Origin: Takakia lepidozioides
Taxonomy: Eukaryota > Plantae > Bryophyta
Direction of reading: 5' to 3'
Length of the DNA stretch: 64,000 bases
Assembly (NCBI GenBank): GCA_030704615.1
Contig: CM060732.1
Span: forward strand, 18,972,001-19,036,000
Positions 11,968-25,270 of this stretch are shown piece after piece (positions within the stretch are counted from its first letter, which is position 1; each line of letters starts with the position of its first letter). A model generated the notes under the pieces. That model did not search any database. It worked only from the letters and a program-made list of their open reading frames with translations, and had not been told where the DNA came from. The position numbers and the translations under genes were made by a program.

Positions 11968-13672
11968 ACATCTGTAGGGTAAAGGATGGCGCCCATTGTA
12001 CTTCCAGCAGCGTTGGCAATCAGATTGTAGTGGGTAAGCATTGCTCCCTACACAAATGAAGGCAATGCACATAAAGGCACATCCAGCACGAACACAGATT
12101 TGCTCCAGCTGAGAGCTATCACAAGTTCAGAATATGAATTCATGATGAGTTGTTACGAAATTTCCAAAGCAAGATTGAAATAACAAGAGATTAGTCTCAA
12201 TAATTATTGAATAAGACTAACTCTGACAACATTAACTTGTAGCACGATGCAAAGTGACCTCAACTAATGTGACATCTCCGAACCAGAAGATGCATCCTCC
12301 TCAGTTGTGAGATACATGGATGATTAAAATGTGGCTACAGGCAATTGAATGTAAGAGAAGTGTAAAATGTGTACTTTTGGAACCCCAGTAGTACCGCTCG
12401 CATAACATATGGTGGCCAGGTCATGAGGATATGGTGGCACAAATTGTTGCAGATCAGCTATCCCCTGGCAACAATAGAGAGCTGAAATTGAATACCCAAA
12501 TCCAGCTAATATAGCAAACGTCCCAAAGGATCTAGTCAAGCAACCAGTTGAAGCGAGATAAAACAGTATTCTAGGTAAGGTTTACTTGCTAGGATAGTCT
12601 AAAGGCTGAATCGTCATCGAAAGAGGAAAGAAATGCGAACTTCCTATCTAAGAAATGTGTCACAAGCGTCAAGTCCTTGATGAACTACTCTTGACACTCC
12701 TATCCTACTTGACAACATTCATGTTGATCAAGTACTCTAGGGAAAATCTGTGACTAATCTTGTGTGAGATTGAAACAAATATGGGCTAGGGACTAGGGAC
12801 TCCTGCGGATAATCACAGTTCAACCAAAACCAAATGCCTTAACCTTCAATAGCAAGGAACTGTGATAGCTGATTTTTGGTCTAATGGAGACCAACCCCTA
12901 CAATTCCTTCATCAGAGCCGTAAGGCTTGGGATTTCACTACACCAACTCACCCAGAATTTGCCAGATAAAAAAAGAGTGAAGATGGTTTCCATTGGCGAA
13001 AATACACCAGCTATGGCGGTGATTGTCCCCACCACCAAATAACATGGACAGTACCATCATTCAACATAACACACCAGCACCTCAGACACAGGGCAATCCA
13101 ACGGTAATGACCCTGCCCCAGTTTGTTGATTGGGTATTTTGTTGTACCTCTTGCTTTGACCACATGACTTCAGATTAAGCCCAACAAAGGTAGGGGGAAA
13201 TTAGAAATTAAAGCAGTTCTAAGTTTGGAACAGAGTTGAAAGAATTGATTGAGGAATAAGAAGGTATGAGGAAAAGAGCAAGAGTTTTACTTGCCAACAG
13301 TGCCATCGTCCCGGATCCTGGTTCCCAAAAACTTGTTGTCTGCAAATGACTTTGATGCATACCTTCACACACCAATCCCACATCATGAGCTAAGCACATT
13401 TGAAGCCATTCTTCGAAGTAGACAGTTACACAGCTTTCACTGTTGAACTTCATGGCCCTCCAGCCTATTATTGTTCTATGCTCCTAGGATACAAAATCCC
13501 ATTCTTTACACCTGCCAACCGATTGCACAAGGCTGGAACCACTCCTAAGGCAACAACAATGTACTTCTAACTAGAGGCAATTAGAGGGTTCAGGAGGTCA
13601 AAATACTGAACAGAATATCAGGATGGCCAGGCCAATGGTCCACCAGCTGCAATGGAGAGAGCTTTGATCTGC
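11968..13672 (-). pseudogene. Fragmented peroxisomal-type long-chain acyl-CoA synthetase (LACS6/7-like) exons
   Basis: Exon-like pieces RSKLSPLQLVDHWPGHPDI (~13600-13672), KFLGTRIRDDGTVG (~13291-13340), PPYPHDLATICYASGTTGVPK (12375-12466) and GAMLTHYNLIANAAGS (11968-12047), several with GT-AG ends; intervening and all C-terminal exons missing. Confidence 0.75.
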
Positions 13673-13828
13673 CACCAACCATATCCAAAAAGCAAAAAGG
13701 CTCAAATGGCATACAGAATGTCCATATCATAACAACGGAGGTCTGCCTGTGACATTCACAAGCAACTACCGCAAGAGGAATGATTGACCTTAACTGAAAA
13801 TGCTCAAAAGCTGGCCCTAAGCTGGCAC

Positions 13829-13913
13829 TCATCCACCATAGTTACATGCTTTGACACATTACCATGCTGCTTGCGATACTCCGGGTAGTTCCCTACAAAC
13901 TTCAACATATTCT
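13829..13913 (-). pseudogene. Isolated VPS45-like (Sec1/Munc18) exon fragment
   Basis: [29 protein letters not shown] resembles plant VPS45 [28 protein letters not shown] (from memory); preceded by a cag acceptor. Confidence 0.65.
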
Positions 13914-15016
13914 CTGCACTCACCCCAACTTGTAGTCAGTCCGCATACATTCCAACTTTGAAAGTCAAATTACTTGTTTTCCTTCATAAATCAAATGCTC
14001 TCTGTCACTCTCTGTCATCTGTCTTCACATCCATGTAAGAATGTCCAATATAAACTTCAGCCGTCAGTCGCCAAACATCAGGCCATTGTCCCTTTTGTTA
14101 ATGTGCATCTGAACCTGCAATTCACAGCCACAGTTCACGTGAGTTGATATTCTACACAAAAGTTGAACTCCTGGTCGAAGTGCTGCTCCTTAAACTTTGA
14201 CTGAAAACCGCCATAAAGACAGTATCCATAGCTAAAAGCCGTTAGAAGGATAATTCATCTCAACCCCATCCTAATCATCAAAGGACAGAATCGTAGGAAT
14301 TCCATGGACATAATTATGTTGTCAGCCTCCTTACTCCGTCTCCATAGCAATTACAAAGTGAGTCTGGCACAAATCCTCCAGTGGGTTTGGCCAGATGCTG
14401 CTGTCACTCCCAGACCTGTGGAGGGCTCATGGGGATCATAGAAAAGCTCCAAGTGTCCAGAGTGGTATAAATCAGTTGTGGCCAACGACCAAAAGATCAA
14501 TAAAACTGATAAGTACACGGGGGGAGGCCACCCTCAAGGATTCTCCTCTCATGTCCCATGAAGAGACCAACTTATCAGTGCAATTTCAGGCTGGTTTTTG
14601 AACACTAATGACCTAAAGTGTAAGGGCTTCTCAGTGGCCTGACAATTATGTCCAGTGCAATCAGTAACGTGACAAGTATGAAGTCATGAAATATAAGGCT
14701 AAAATCAAAGGTTACAGGTAGGATGTGATTTGAGAAAATGACAACGGCTGCACGTGTGAAACTTGATTTCCAATCACAGATGAGTTTTCTTCACCCAACT
14801 GATCCATACACTTGAAGACGGCCACCCAATGCATCATCAAAAACCACACAAACAACTGGAACAGTCCTAAAAGGTTCATGAGCAAGACTGTGATACACAA
14901 TCCATTACATAAGCAATGTGGATGTGATCAAATGTTGCAGTATAGAAGGCTCAAAGTTCTTTCAAAGTTACTATGTAAAATCAGTGACCATTTTCAGTGG
15001 CTTTCAGGGACCTGTT

Positions 15017-15500
15017 TCAAGCGCTCAACAAGTGCTCAGCAACCTTCACGACTTTCTCGCGAGTGCTCAACGCCTTGATGCCCTTGAAAACCTCCTTGTT
15101 GTGTTTCTTATTCTCACCCCGCATGAAATTTGTCAACTTCCCATACATCGTGTCGATGTCATGGGTTCCAAATGCTTGCATTACTACACGCTCCATGTCT
15201 TTAAAAGGCATCACATTCTCTTTATTCTCACTGCCAGGGAACACAGAAATGAATTAGCTGTGATCGCAAGTAATAAAAAATTCCAAACAATAGAAAAGCA
15301 AGAGAGTGCTTTAGTACCTTTGTTGTTTGAGAAGGCTATCCAAAATCACCACTTTCTTGAGCAGCTCGGTCTCTGTAGAAGATCTCATTGGCAGAGGCGC
15401 CGAACCGGCAGGTCCAGCTCCTTCTCCGTCATTGATCGTACCGTGCTCCAGACAAGATCACAAGATTATCCTCAGTTGAAGTCAGGACAGTAGGATAGAG
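15017..15500 (-). pseudogene. Unidentified spliced gene fragment (two exon-like blocks)
   Basis: GT donor at ~15316; coding-like ENKENVMPFKDMERVVMQAFGTHDIDTMYGKL...; CT-rich leader at 15600-15900. Confidence 0.35.
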
Positions 15501-16349
15501 GCTCGGTCGATAGAATGGATGTGCACATCAGCACCACCTCTGGATGCTCCTCACAAAAGTCATCTGCATCCCTGCTACACCATTCCTCACATAAACAATC
15601 AGTGCCCAAGTGAGCCAGGGGGAGGGGGTGTTAGGCAGAGAGAGGTCAGGATAGAAAAGAGAGATAGAGTAACAACGATGACGTTCACACCTGTGTGGCA
15701 GGAAAGTCGAAAGGCCTCTTTTTTTGGTGGAGGAGGTCCAGGGAAAAACAGAGAGAGGAAAGGAACTTTATTAGAGCAATGCCCATGGGACCTAGAGCAC
15801 AAAGAGAACAAAAGTATAATTGAAGTACTAAAACAATGCCAAACAGAGAGAGAAAGCAAGAAAGAATTTACATATGCAAGGGAATAAAGAGATAGGAGAA
15901 AACTTAACCATGCTTGCGGTGTAGCCAAACCCCAACACACATGGACAAAGTGCAAGGCAGGAGCAGGGAATGAAGACCACAAAAAGATAAGAAGCATTGT
16001 TTGGACTTTGCCTGTTGTAGGCTTCTAGTCATCCACCCGAACCCCCTTTGGACAGTCCTGGGCGTTTTTTCCATATGCCAACTTTCCTTGCTATAGAGGG
16101 ATGGAAATATGACAAAAAACAAATGACTATTTCCCGTGGTCTTGGACCAATACGGTTTACCTCAATATACAGTCCACTCTAGCTTTCTAGATTTTCTCGA
16201 GAAAACGCTTAACCATATCACTGCATATTCACCTCACTATTCAGATCCAAGGAAGGCTGCATTTGATAATATTCTCGAGAGTAGGTCAGCACCCGATGGC
16301 CTTGCCGGACGATTCGGATAGAGAAACCTATTGGATATTGAGAATTTTA

Positions 16350-16568
16350 CCTTCTTCTGCTTCTTTTTCGCGGCTGCCACCTTTTTCTCGAGCTTAGCGG
16401 ATGCTTCAGGAAGGCTGAGGACAGCTCCCTCGCCTACATCATCCAATGCCATCTTCCTCTTCTTCTTCTTCTTCTTCTTCGGCACAGCTGGCAACTTTTT
16501 CTCGAGCTCAGCGGATGCTTCAGGAAGGCTGAGGACAGCTCCATCTAGTACATCATCCAATGCCATCT
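16350..16568 (-). repeat. 114-bp tandem duplication encoding two 38-aa Lys-rich units
   Basis: ctttttctcgagct at 16381 and 16495; MALDDV..AVLSLPEASA.LEKK..KKK repeated in ORF 16237-16566. Confidence 0.8.
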
Positions 16569-17339
16569 CAACCTACAATTCCAACCATGGTTCTATTGAG
16601 TTTACATTCTCAATTTACAATTTGACCAATTCAGATGCAGTGGCCAAAGATGTTCTAAAGTCAAATGAAACAAACGAACTCTCTAAGCATGCATAATTTG
16701 ACAAATGTACTAATGGTAGTAGACATACATATTGCTTCAATTCAATGTTCAGATTAAAACCTGAAAATCAGGTTGAGAAACAGGATCCAACTGGGGAGGA
16801 CAGGGGCTACAATGAGCAATCAAGCTTGCAGACTGCACTGTGTTTTTCTTCTTCCAGTAATATAAGGTTTCTTTGGCCTCGTAGATATCATTGGGTTGCC
16901 ATCTATATGTTATAGATGCAAAATTGAGAACTGCCATGTCTGAGCACTTCTGCTCAATCAACTTCTTGACGTCGATGCGTGCTTCAACATCCTCCCGAAG
17001 GTTAGGAGGATGAGTCAGAAACCCAGCCTCAACCAACCATGCTTTCAAAATCTTTCTATTATGCATGAAAGAGAGATATTGTGTGTGCCAGGTCCTATGC
17101 AAGCACTCCTTACCATACTTTTTTCCTGTCTCCCGAAATCTGTTAGCAGGGGGGTTGAAGATATCATTGTATGTGGGCACTCTAGCAACCGTCCTTTTGC
17201 TTATGGCATAGTACTCATAATGCTTCCTTCAGATGCCTCACATGATGAGCTGCTCTTCCACCATTTTCCAATCTTGGAGCTGGTTCACACGGTGGAGCTC
17301 ATTTTTTCATCACGTTCATTGATGACTTCAGTAGAAAAG

Positions 17340-18418
17340 GGTGGGTGTACTTCCAAAAACACAAATCACAAGCATTTACGTTCTTCAAGAAGTTCAAGGC
17401 ACTCATAGAAAATGCCACTGGGAAGACAATTCAATGCTTAGAAGTGATGGAGGAGGGGAATATCTCTCTGATGAATTTCAATCATATCTTGACCAAGCTG
17501 GAATCAAGAGACAACTCACCTAGTCCTACACATCACACCAAAATGGGATCACTGAAAGAAAGAACCGAACATTGATGGAAAAAGCTCGAGCCATGGGAGA
17601 CTGGGATCCTAAGGCATCTGTGGGCGGAGGCACTTAGCACAGCCAACCTGCTTACAAACCTCTCACCAATGAGAGCCAATCAAAGCACTACACCAGATGA
17701 GAGATTCTTTGGCCAAAAACCAGATTTGATATTGACGTTGCCCATTATTTCATTCAAGAGACTCAAAAGGATGCCGGAAAAACCGAGCTTGCATACAACA
17801 AAGGAACAGATGGCAGACATCTTGACAAAACCGTTGGGTCGCATTCAGTTTACAAAACTAAGAGAAAAGCTAAGTATGGTGGATTTATCAGCAGCACCTG
17901 ATACTATCCAACGTCTCTGAATTCTTTGTGCTGACAAGCTACGTGCATTTTTATGCCAATTCAACGCGTCGAATTCTTTTTATGTCTTGACATTGCATCC
18001 ACTGGACTGTCACAATCACAAAGTCCCTCCAGGATTTTTACTGACTTGGCACATGCGACCTAAAGGAGTCACTGTAGTTGGATCTTTCAGCCATGGCCAA
18101 ATTTTGCTCTTCAACTACTTTATCAGGAAGACCAGGAAGTAGAAACACGCGGGGGGGGGGGGGTGTTGATTTTATGCCCTTGTTCATTACGTTTTCATAC
18201 AAATACCTTGTAGTTAGTTAGGACAGGTAGGTAGATCGATCAAAGGGGGTTGTTTCTCCCTGCACTCTCTGTGTATATATACTTTACGTGAAGCTGCTAC
18301 AGTATCGATTTCAAGACTGTTCTTGTATAGTTTATTGTTTGTGTCTTCATATCGGCCCGCGGGTCTACAAAGTGGAGGACGAGGGTTTACAGGTGGGGAC
18401 GGGGTGACCCGCTCCAAC
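17340..18418 (+). mobile_element. Ty1/Copia remnant: integrase core fused by deletion to RNase H end, PPT and 3' LTR
   Basis: LRSDGGGEY, HQNG..ERKNRTL, LWAEA and QMADILTKPL motifs; RT absent; poly-G PPT at 18151-18163 then TGTTGA at 18164. LTR right end uncertain. Confidence 0.85.
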
Positions 18419-19324
18419 CCAAATAAAGTTGGACCAAAATCAGTTATACTCTAAAATCCAAAGAGTATATCATGGAAGTACATAAATACACTTATTGATA
18501 AGTACGGATATATATTGAATGTAATATTATCAACCATTGAAAATGATGTTCACGAATGTCTTTTACCAACAATTTAGGAATCATTATTTTGTTGAATGGT
18601 TGGTGGTTACAGGAGGATAAGTTATTATTATCTCCATGTTGTAGATTGCCACTACTCTAGGTGCCTAAGGAAGAGAGGTGTACAACATGTTTTTGTATTC
18701 TGGCATCCCGGCACTGTACATGATATATGAAAAGTAGTCTCCAGGATGTTCCCCTTGTGTCTCATGCCTTCACGCCCCAGAGGTTATTTTTTCCTCTTGT
18801 ATCTCCTTTTCCCTAAAAATATATTTCCAGGGTTACTCCCCCTGTTTTTTTTTTTTTTTTTTTTAAATAAATAAAAAACAATTAAATTTAAAATAATAAT
18901 TATTATTTACTTTTTATAAGTACAGATTTTCCTTTTGTATTTGGGTAGTCTAATTGGAGCAGGAGTTGGGTGGAAATTTGGCACTTGAGCTTATGAGGTT
19001 TTTTCTTTTTTTGACACCCTATTTTTGTTTATTTATAAACTAATATCAAATGGCAGCATAGGCACCTGCAGTATACCTGTTAGGAAATTCATGCTATCTC
19101 CACCGTTGCTTAGGCAACATATATATATAGTTACAGTTGATCATCGTGACAATTAGGTGTGGAGAAGAAGTGTATTAATTAACAAGTAGGATTGGAATAT
19201 TACATCAAGTAGTAACAACAATTAGAATAATTCAAAGTTGACGATAGCTTACTCATCAATATGGGTTAGAAAGGGATTTCTTTGTGATGATCAATAGAGA
19301 GAAATCATAATACCTCACACTGTA

Positions 19325-20153
19325 ATGTGCAATATGGGATTTGCCAACGTACGTTTCATACAAATATTTCATGGTGTTTTAATGGTAGGAAACCTACTTG
19401 CCACGTCTCTTCTCTCCACTGCCAGGGCAGAATATATGTGTAGCACTGACTCTTTGCCCAAAAACAGAACTTTCTATGATAAATATTTTCTCTCGGATAT
19501 TGATGAATTGATAGAAAATTGCCAGAAAAAACCAGATCTATTTACAGCCATTTGCAAACTAACAGATGGAAAACACACTTTGGAGAAAGGGTACCATAAC
19601 CAATATATTTTGTATACTGCACATTGTTACAACACCGCAGAAACAAGGGAGTTTTGCAAAGTAATCATTTATGACAAAACCAAAACCTAGTTTTTTACAT
19701 TTGCATGATGAACGATCCAAACAATTAATTTATCTTTACTTTGGTTACTTAATAGGTATACGTTGAGCTATCCAATTGCCTATATAATGTTCTTATCATA
19801 ATGTCTTCCATCTTATCTTCTTTTTTGGTTGCTTGATCATTTTTTATTTTATGTACTTATACTAATTCACAACTTGTTCTTGGGTTGATTGTTCATAGGA
19901 ATGCCTAGTGATACTGAAAAAAAACTTGCAAACTATATGCAAAGCCGTGAGCTGGGGCAATATAAGTTTCCCAAACGATTGCGACTTGGGATACAATGCT
20001 AGGGACTATTACACTGTGCTGAAGGCTCAAAATAATGAGACTTTTGATCTTGCACTTGCACCGGGGCCCAATGAGGGTCACATTGCAAGTTTGGTGCAAC
20101 TACCAACCATAATAGTAATGCTAATTTCAACATTAGTAATTGTAATTATGTAG
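19325..20153 (+). CDS. Secreted, probably GPI-anchored single Gnk2/DUF26-like Cys-rich protein, ~196 aa; exons 19325-19660 and 19899-20153
   Basis: N-terminal hydrophobic signal (..LLSTARA|EYMC); phase-0 GT-AG intron; spliced AHCYNTAETREFCKECL..L..IC....GNI....CDLGY fits the DUF26 pattern with C-X9-C-X2-C; hydrophobic C-terminus with no cytosolic tail. Confidence 0.7.
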
Positions 20154-21010
20154 ATACATATGTTCAATGCACCAGATGCTTTGATTGCTTTCACAAAATA
20201 TATGCTCCTCAACCTGCAATGACCATGTTCTATTGTTACAATGCGAAAATGTAAGCCAATATATATGATTATATCATAGAAGAAACAAATAACCCTTAAA
20301 AGCCTGAATTGGGTTGCACTGTTTAAAGGTTTTAATTTCTAATTTCTTATAATTTTTGCAGGTCTCAATGAAAATTTTAAAAAATTGAGGCAATGATGAG
20401 ACTGACATGTTAGACCCTCTCCAGGAAAGCATATCATGTACTGCAACACACTCAAAGCTGTGATGTGTTAAAAAAAACTAGTTCCACAAAAAAATTGGTG
20501 CCATGCCATGGATTGGTGCACATTGATTGTCCCTGTGGAAGGCTAGCCGCCAGATTGGTGGTTGGGGACCTTATCAAAAATAAATAAATGTGGACTCAAA
20601 TTAGCAAGTGTTGTAACTTATGGTATAAGTTGACCCCGAAGGACCACACAACACACCTTTGGGCATCTGTTAGTCCGTGTCCAATGAGGTGACCCAGAAG
20701 GGTATGAGCCTGACCATTAGGGAGCCATCTTGAGGTCATCTCCCTAAGGGGCAATGTGGGTCTGATTAGAGCTTGAACAATGGCAATAGGCTCCAAACCC
20801 ACCCACCTAGTGCCAATAACTTTTTAAAACTCTTCCAGACTTGAGAATGTAGAAATATCATGTGATTTAGCACACATATGCTTTGAAATTGTGTAATTTC
20901 AAACATCCAGGTACTAAAGGATGGACCTTGAATATTTGTGTTAAGATCCTCTTAAGGTAACCAAACTTACAAAAAAGCTTGTTCACTGGAGCTCTCTTCA
21001 ATCCAGCGAT

Positions 21011-21498
21011 GGCTATCAATCAAGTTCTCTTGGCTTCAATCTGGTTCATTGCCTCTGTGTGGCCCCCTAGTTCTGACATTATTAAACAAGTTAATGCCAT
21101 GGTTTGCAACTTCCTTTGGGGTGCTACTCCGACCTCGCCTTCCCGGAGAGCGCTAGTCAGTTGGACTCAAATAACCCAAAAGAAAAAATTCGGGGGCTTA
21201 GGCATCATTGACCCATTTCGACACATAGTTTCCCTCCTGGCTAAATGGGTTCCCCGAGTTCTTACACACTTAAATGCTCCCTGGAGTATGCTGGTCAGAC
21301 AACATATTTTATTGGCTGCTCCTGTCTTTGACCAGTGGCCGACCTCTTTACGATGGTTGGTTCAAGGGTCCTCTTCACATAGAACCATCAGTCTCGGCTC
21401 CCCGACTTGGTCTATTTGGAATGCATGGTTAAAAATTCGGCCTTTCCTCTCACCTCGTCCCCCCTCCTCTGTAGATGAGGCTATCAGACAACCCCTAT
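21011..21498 (+). mobile_element. LINE (L1/Tx1-type) ORF2 fragment, post-RT region
   Basis: NQVLLASIWF..CNFLWG..VSWTQI..KKFGGLGIID..LLAKW motifs. Confidence 0.8.
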
Positions 21499-23589
21499 TT
21501 ATTTTTATTTTTTTGGTTAACAGGGGACGGTGGCCCTAGAGCTTAATTTTATTATGATTATTGAAGGGAAAAAAATTAAACCCTTAGTTGGCATGTGGCC
21601 GCCATAAGGCTTAACACACGATGTTCGTGACAGATACCCCGAAGAGCAGGATGATTAGTAGAGCTAAGCAAAAGAGTCTGTCCGTGAAGAGACATGGACC
21701 AAAAGACTCTAACAAAACTGGATTTTAAGTAAATCTAGACTTTCCAAAGTCCAGGAATAACATATATATTGATTTATTGATTTATTCAAATTGAATAAAA
21801 ATCAATATGAAAACAAATTTAAATGATTTTATTAAGTTTATTGTAATAGATGTTTAGTAAATATTGCTGTTCCCAGAGAATCCATACTCTGATCACATCC
21901 CTAATATGAGTTGGAATCCTAGTTTTCTACAATTTCACGGGCAGAACAAGAGACCTCCTGTCAATCACAGTTGCTTCCATTTTTTAATATTAGCCTACAA
22001 AAAAATGCCAAACATTGTCACTCCAGAAGTACAGGAGAATTATGTCTGCTGTCCCAAGTTCGACATCTCCACTGAGGCAAGGGAGATCTCCCGATCTATG
22101 ATTAGAACATAGTAAGATAGAAAGACATCCCGTCGAGATACGTCCCAAAATGTCCAGAGTAATTTATTAGAGCATCACCAAACCAAATTTGTACAGCCAT
22201 TGAGGTCCCTGGCTGTAGGCACTAATCAACCATCACCATCCCATAGGACCCAAAACCATAGTCTTCGACGCAAACCAATCCTGAACATAGTCTCTATAGA
22301 AGCCAATTCATTCGAACAGTTCGGCTCTAATGCATCAGCCCTTCGACAGGACTGTCTTTCTCTGTCTATCATCGTCCTTGAGTCTCAGACCGGTTCCTCA
22401 AGAGCGTCATCCATAAAATAAGAACCACCTAGCGGATTCCAAGGTCATAGGCAAGGTCGTGAACTGATTATACTTCATTCATGTAAGTCATAGCTCCACG
22501 CACAAAACACATGCGGACCAGGACAGATGGGAGGTCTCCCCTCCCAATTAGCGATACACATCAGGAATAGTCAAATTAAATTGAGGGATAAACATGCACA
22601 AGTTACAACAACCCACCAAAGCCATAAGGAAATGAGGGGTCTGACAGGAACAAGCACAAATAGAAAGGCAAAGAGGACGGGAGGTCTCCCGTCCTTACTC
22701 ACGCTCTCTAGTCTAAAAGAGTCTGACGGGTGTGATGACGAAACCAAAACATGCACATAGTCAGGTAGGGGAGATCTCCCGTGGTGATACCTCTCATATC
22801 GACATGAGTAATGAATTCCAAAACCGAACAAAGAGTACACAGAGAACACAGAGCACAACCATGATATCCATCGCTCTGACATGAAATGAATAAAAAACAA
22901 TGAACCATTTGTATATTTCATAATTTGCGCTTAGAGAATAGCGTCATTGTCAATGTACATTATTTACAATATTCCAACTGGTGGGAGACTGTCACCCGAC
23001 TAGTAAGAACGGGTAGCGGATTCTACTCTCATCCCAGATCTCCCAAGATGGACATTCCGTTGCTCTGCATCTGTTTGAGGGCGTTGTGCTCGCCAGCAGA
23101 TCTCCTCCTCAGAAATACTCATATACCTCCAAAGACCCTCCTGGCCTATTGGTGTGGTATGTCCATCCTTCTTCTTGTCGGATGTTGACTTCTTACGACG
23201 CTTGGCCTTGACTGGAACAAATAAACCAATCCATGAGACAAATCAGTATACTTTTCAGATTCATGGTGCGCAGCAGGGACGAGAGACCTCCCGTGCTTAC
23301 TGACCCATTCTAATTTCTTAACCTACTACTCCAAGACACATCGGTTGACATTTAAAAAAAAAATTGAAAGTAAAGAGGTGGGAACATACCTAAAAACACA
23401 CAAGGGTCAGTAATCCCTAGGGGATTTGCATATCTCGCTAGCCAAATCCAATCAGGGTGGGAGCTATCGACAGACATCTGAACATTTGCACACTTCCAGT
23501 AATTCTCCTCCATGTACTCTTGAACTGTCGGAGATGACATCATGCTAGAAAGGAATGGCCATAAAGCCTCAATCTCGTCCCTCCTTGAC

Positions 23590-24103
23590 GATCGGCGTTA
23601 GAGTGTCATCAAAGGATCTCGGGTAAAAACTAGTGTTCAAAGGGTTCCTCAGGGCTTTGGTGGGCTCATCATCAATCAAAATCATTTGGCCTTTTAGGCC
23701 GTAGGGCTTAGAACTTCTCCCGAAGTGTCCCAAAGACCAACAATGTCTTTAATGTAGAACGGCTGTGTTGAGGCAATGTAGGCATGAAGCTTGGTGCAAG
23801 TATCTTGACACCAGATAAAGCAAAATTTCCTGACCATATCCTTCGGGAGAAGATATGCAAGAAAAGCCTCAACCATATGCTGAACTCCACATGACCATAT
23901 ACCCACATGGTAATGGTTGAACGCAAGTTCAAGAAATTCAAGAAGACCCGGACGAGGAACGACATTGTTCAAATCGTAGGGAATTTTGGCAGAAAGGAAA
24001 TGTTCAAGGAACCTCTGTGATCCAACAGGCTTGGGTTTATAGCACAATAAACCAATAACACTCAGAATGATTAACTTTCTTTGACCTCCAGAGGAGGCCA
24101 TCA
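23590..24103 (-). pseudogene. FCP1/NIF-like HAD phosphatase domain, degenerate
   Basis: RKLIILSVIGLL (DxD lost), VVPRPGLLEFL, HVGIWS, FIWCQDTC, and ILIDDEPTKALRNP after an in-frame stop. Confidence 0.7.
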
Positions 24104-24774
24104 CTTGTGTCTTCCGGCGTAAGAGATTTGCTGCCGCGCTCGCTCGAAAATGGTCATGACCCATCTGTCAAGATTCGACGGTTAGCTTTGGATGTGACCA
24201 TTGGCAGCTGTGTAGTAAAGTAGGAGATGAATCTAGAATTTATGGCGACTTAACCAAAACCGAGTTTGTGCTTCGGGATATAAGTCAAAATGTTGTAAGT
24301 GGGAAGGAAGGGATGGGAGGTCTCCCGTCCAAATACCTCTAGTATCTTTGTCAATTTTGGCGGCGGACACATCCCCGAATGATCTTTGGGCTTGGTTCCG
24401 TCTTCCACATTCTCTCTGTTGATAGACAACCTTGGACGATTAGTTAGGTCTCAACTGAATGAAATCAAGAATGATATACAATTGACTTATAGGTGCAAAC
24501 ACAAACTGAAATGACTAAGTGGAATGGTAGCGCACACCAGGGTTGCACACGTCAGTAATGTCACGTCGGACCTGACGCTGACGCGACCCACGTCACGTCA
24601 GTTTTGCCGAAAAAACAGTAAAACATGAGTTAGGTGAAAAATATGTCACGTAGGTGGACACGTTGTATTCCAAACGACACCTTGGCAAGTGAATGAATTT
24701 TTTTATAAATTACTCCATCCGCCAATATTTGAGGTCATTTTTAAATCATTATTGTTAAATTGGTCGACCTCCAA

Positions 24775-25270
24775 ATGGTGGTGGTCGCAGAATTTATCTT
24801 ATTTTTTAATAGTTGCGACCACCAGCAGAGGGGTTGTCGCAGCATTTTTTGTTTTTTAAAAATAGATGCGACCACCAGCAGGGGTGGTCGCATTTTTTTC
24901 TTTTCTTAAACAGTTGCGACCACCGCTACTGGTGGTCGCACAATTTTTATTTTATTTGTAATAGGTGCGACCACCATCAGGGGGGTGGTTGCAATATTTT
25001 TTTATTTTTTAATATCTGCGACCACCAGCATGGGGGTGGTCGCAGCATTTTTCTGTTTTTTTAATAGGTGCGACCACCAGCAGAGGGATGGTCGCAACAT
25101 TTTATTTATTTATTTAAATTTTTTTAATAATCTCTGTGACCACGAGCATGGAGGTGGTCGCAACATTTTTCTTTTTTTTAATAGGTGCGACCACCAGTAA
25201 GGGGGTGGTCGCAGCAATTTTTTGTTTAAAATAACATGCGACTTCCTCATGTGACCTGGAGCGGTCGCAG
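24775..25270. repeat. Left GCGACC hairpin array (~9 units, ~50-bp period, T-rich spacers)
   Basis: tgcgaccaccagcagggg(g)tggtcgca units at ~24814, 24867, 24914, 24966, 25017, 25069, 25135 and 25186. Confidence 0.85.
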
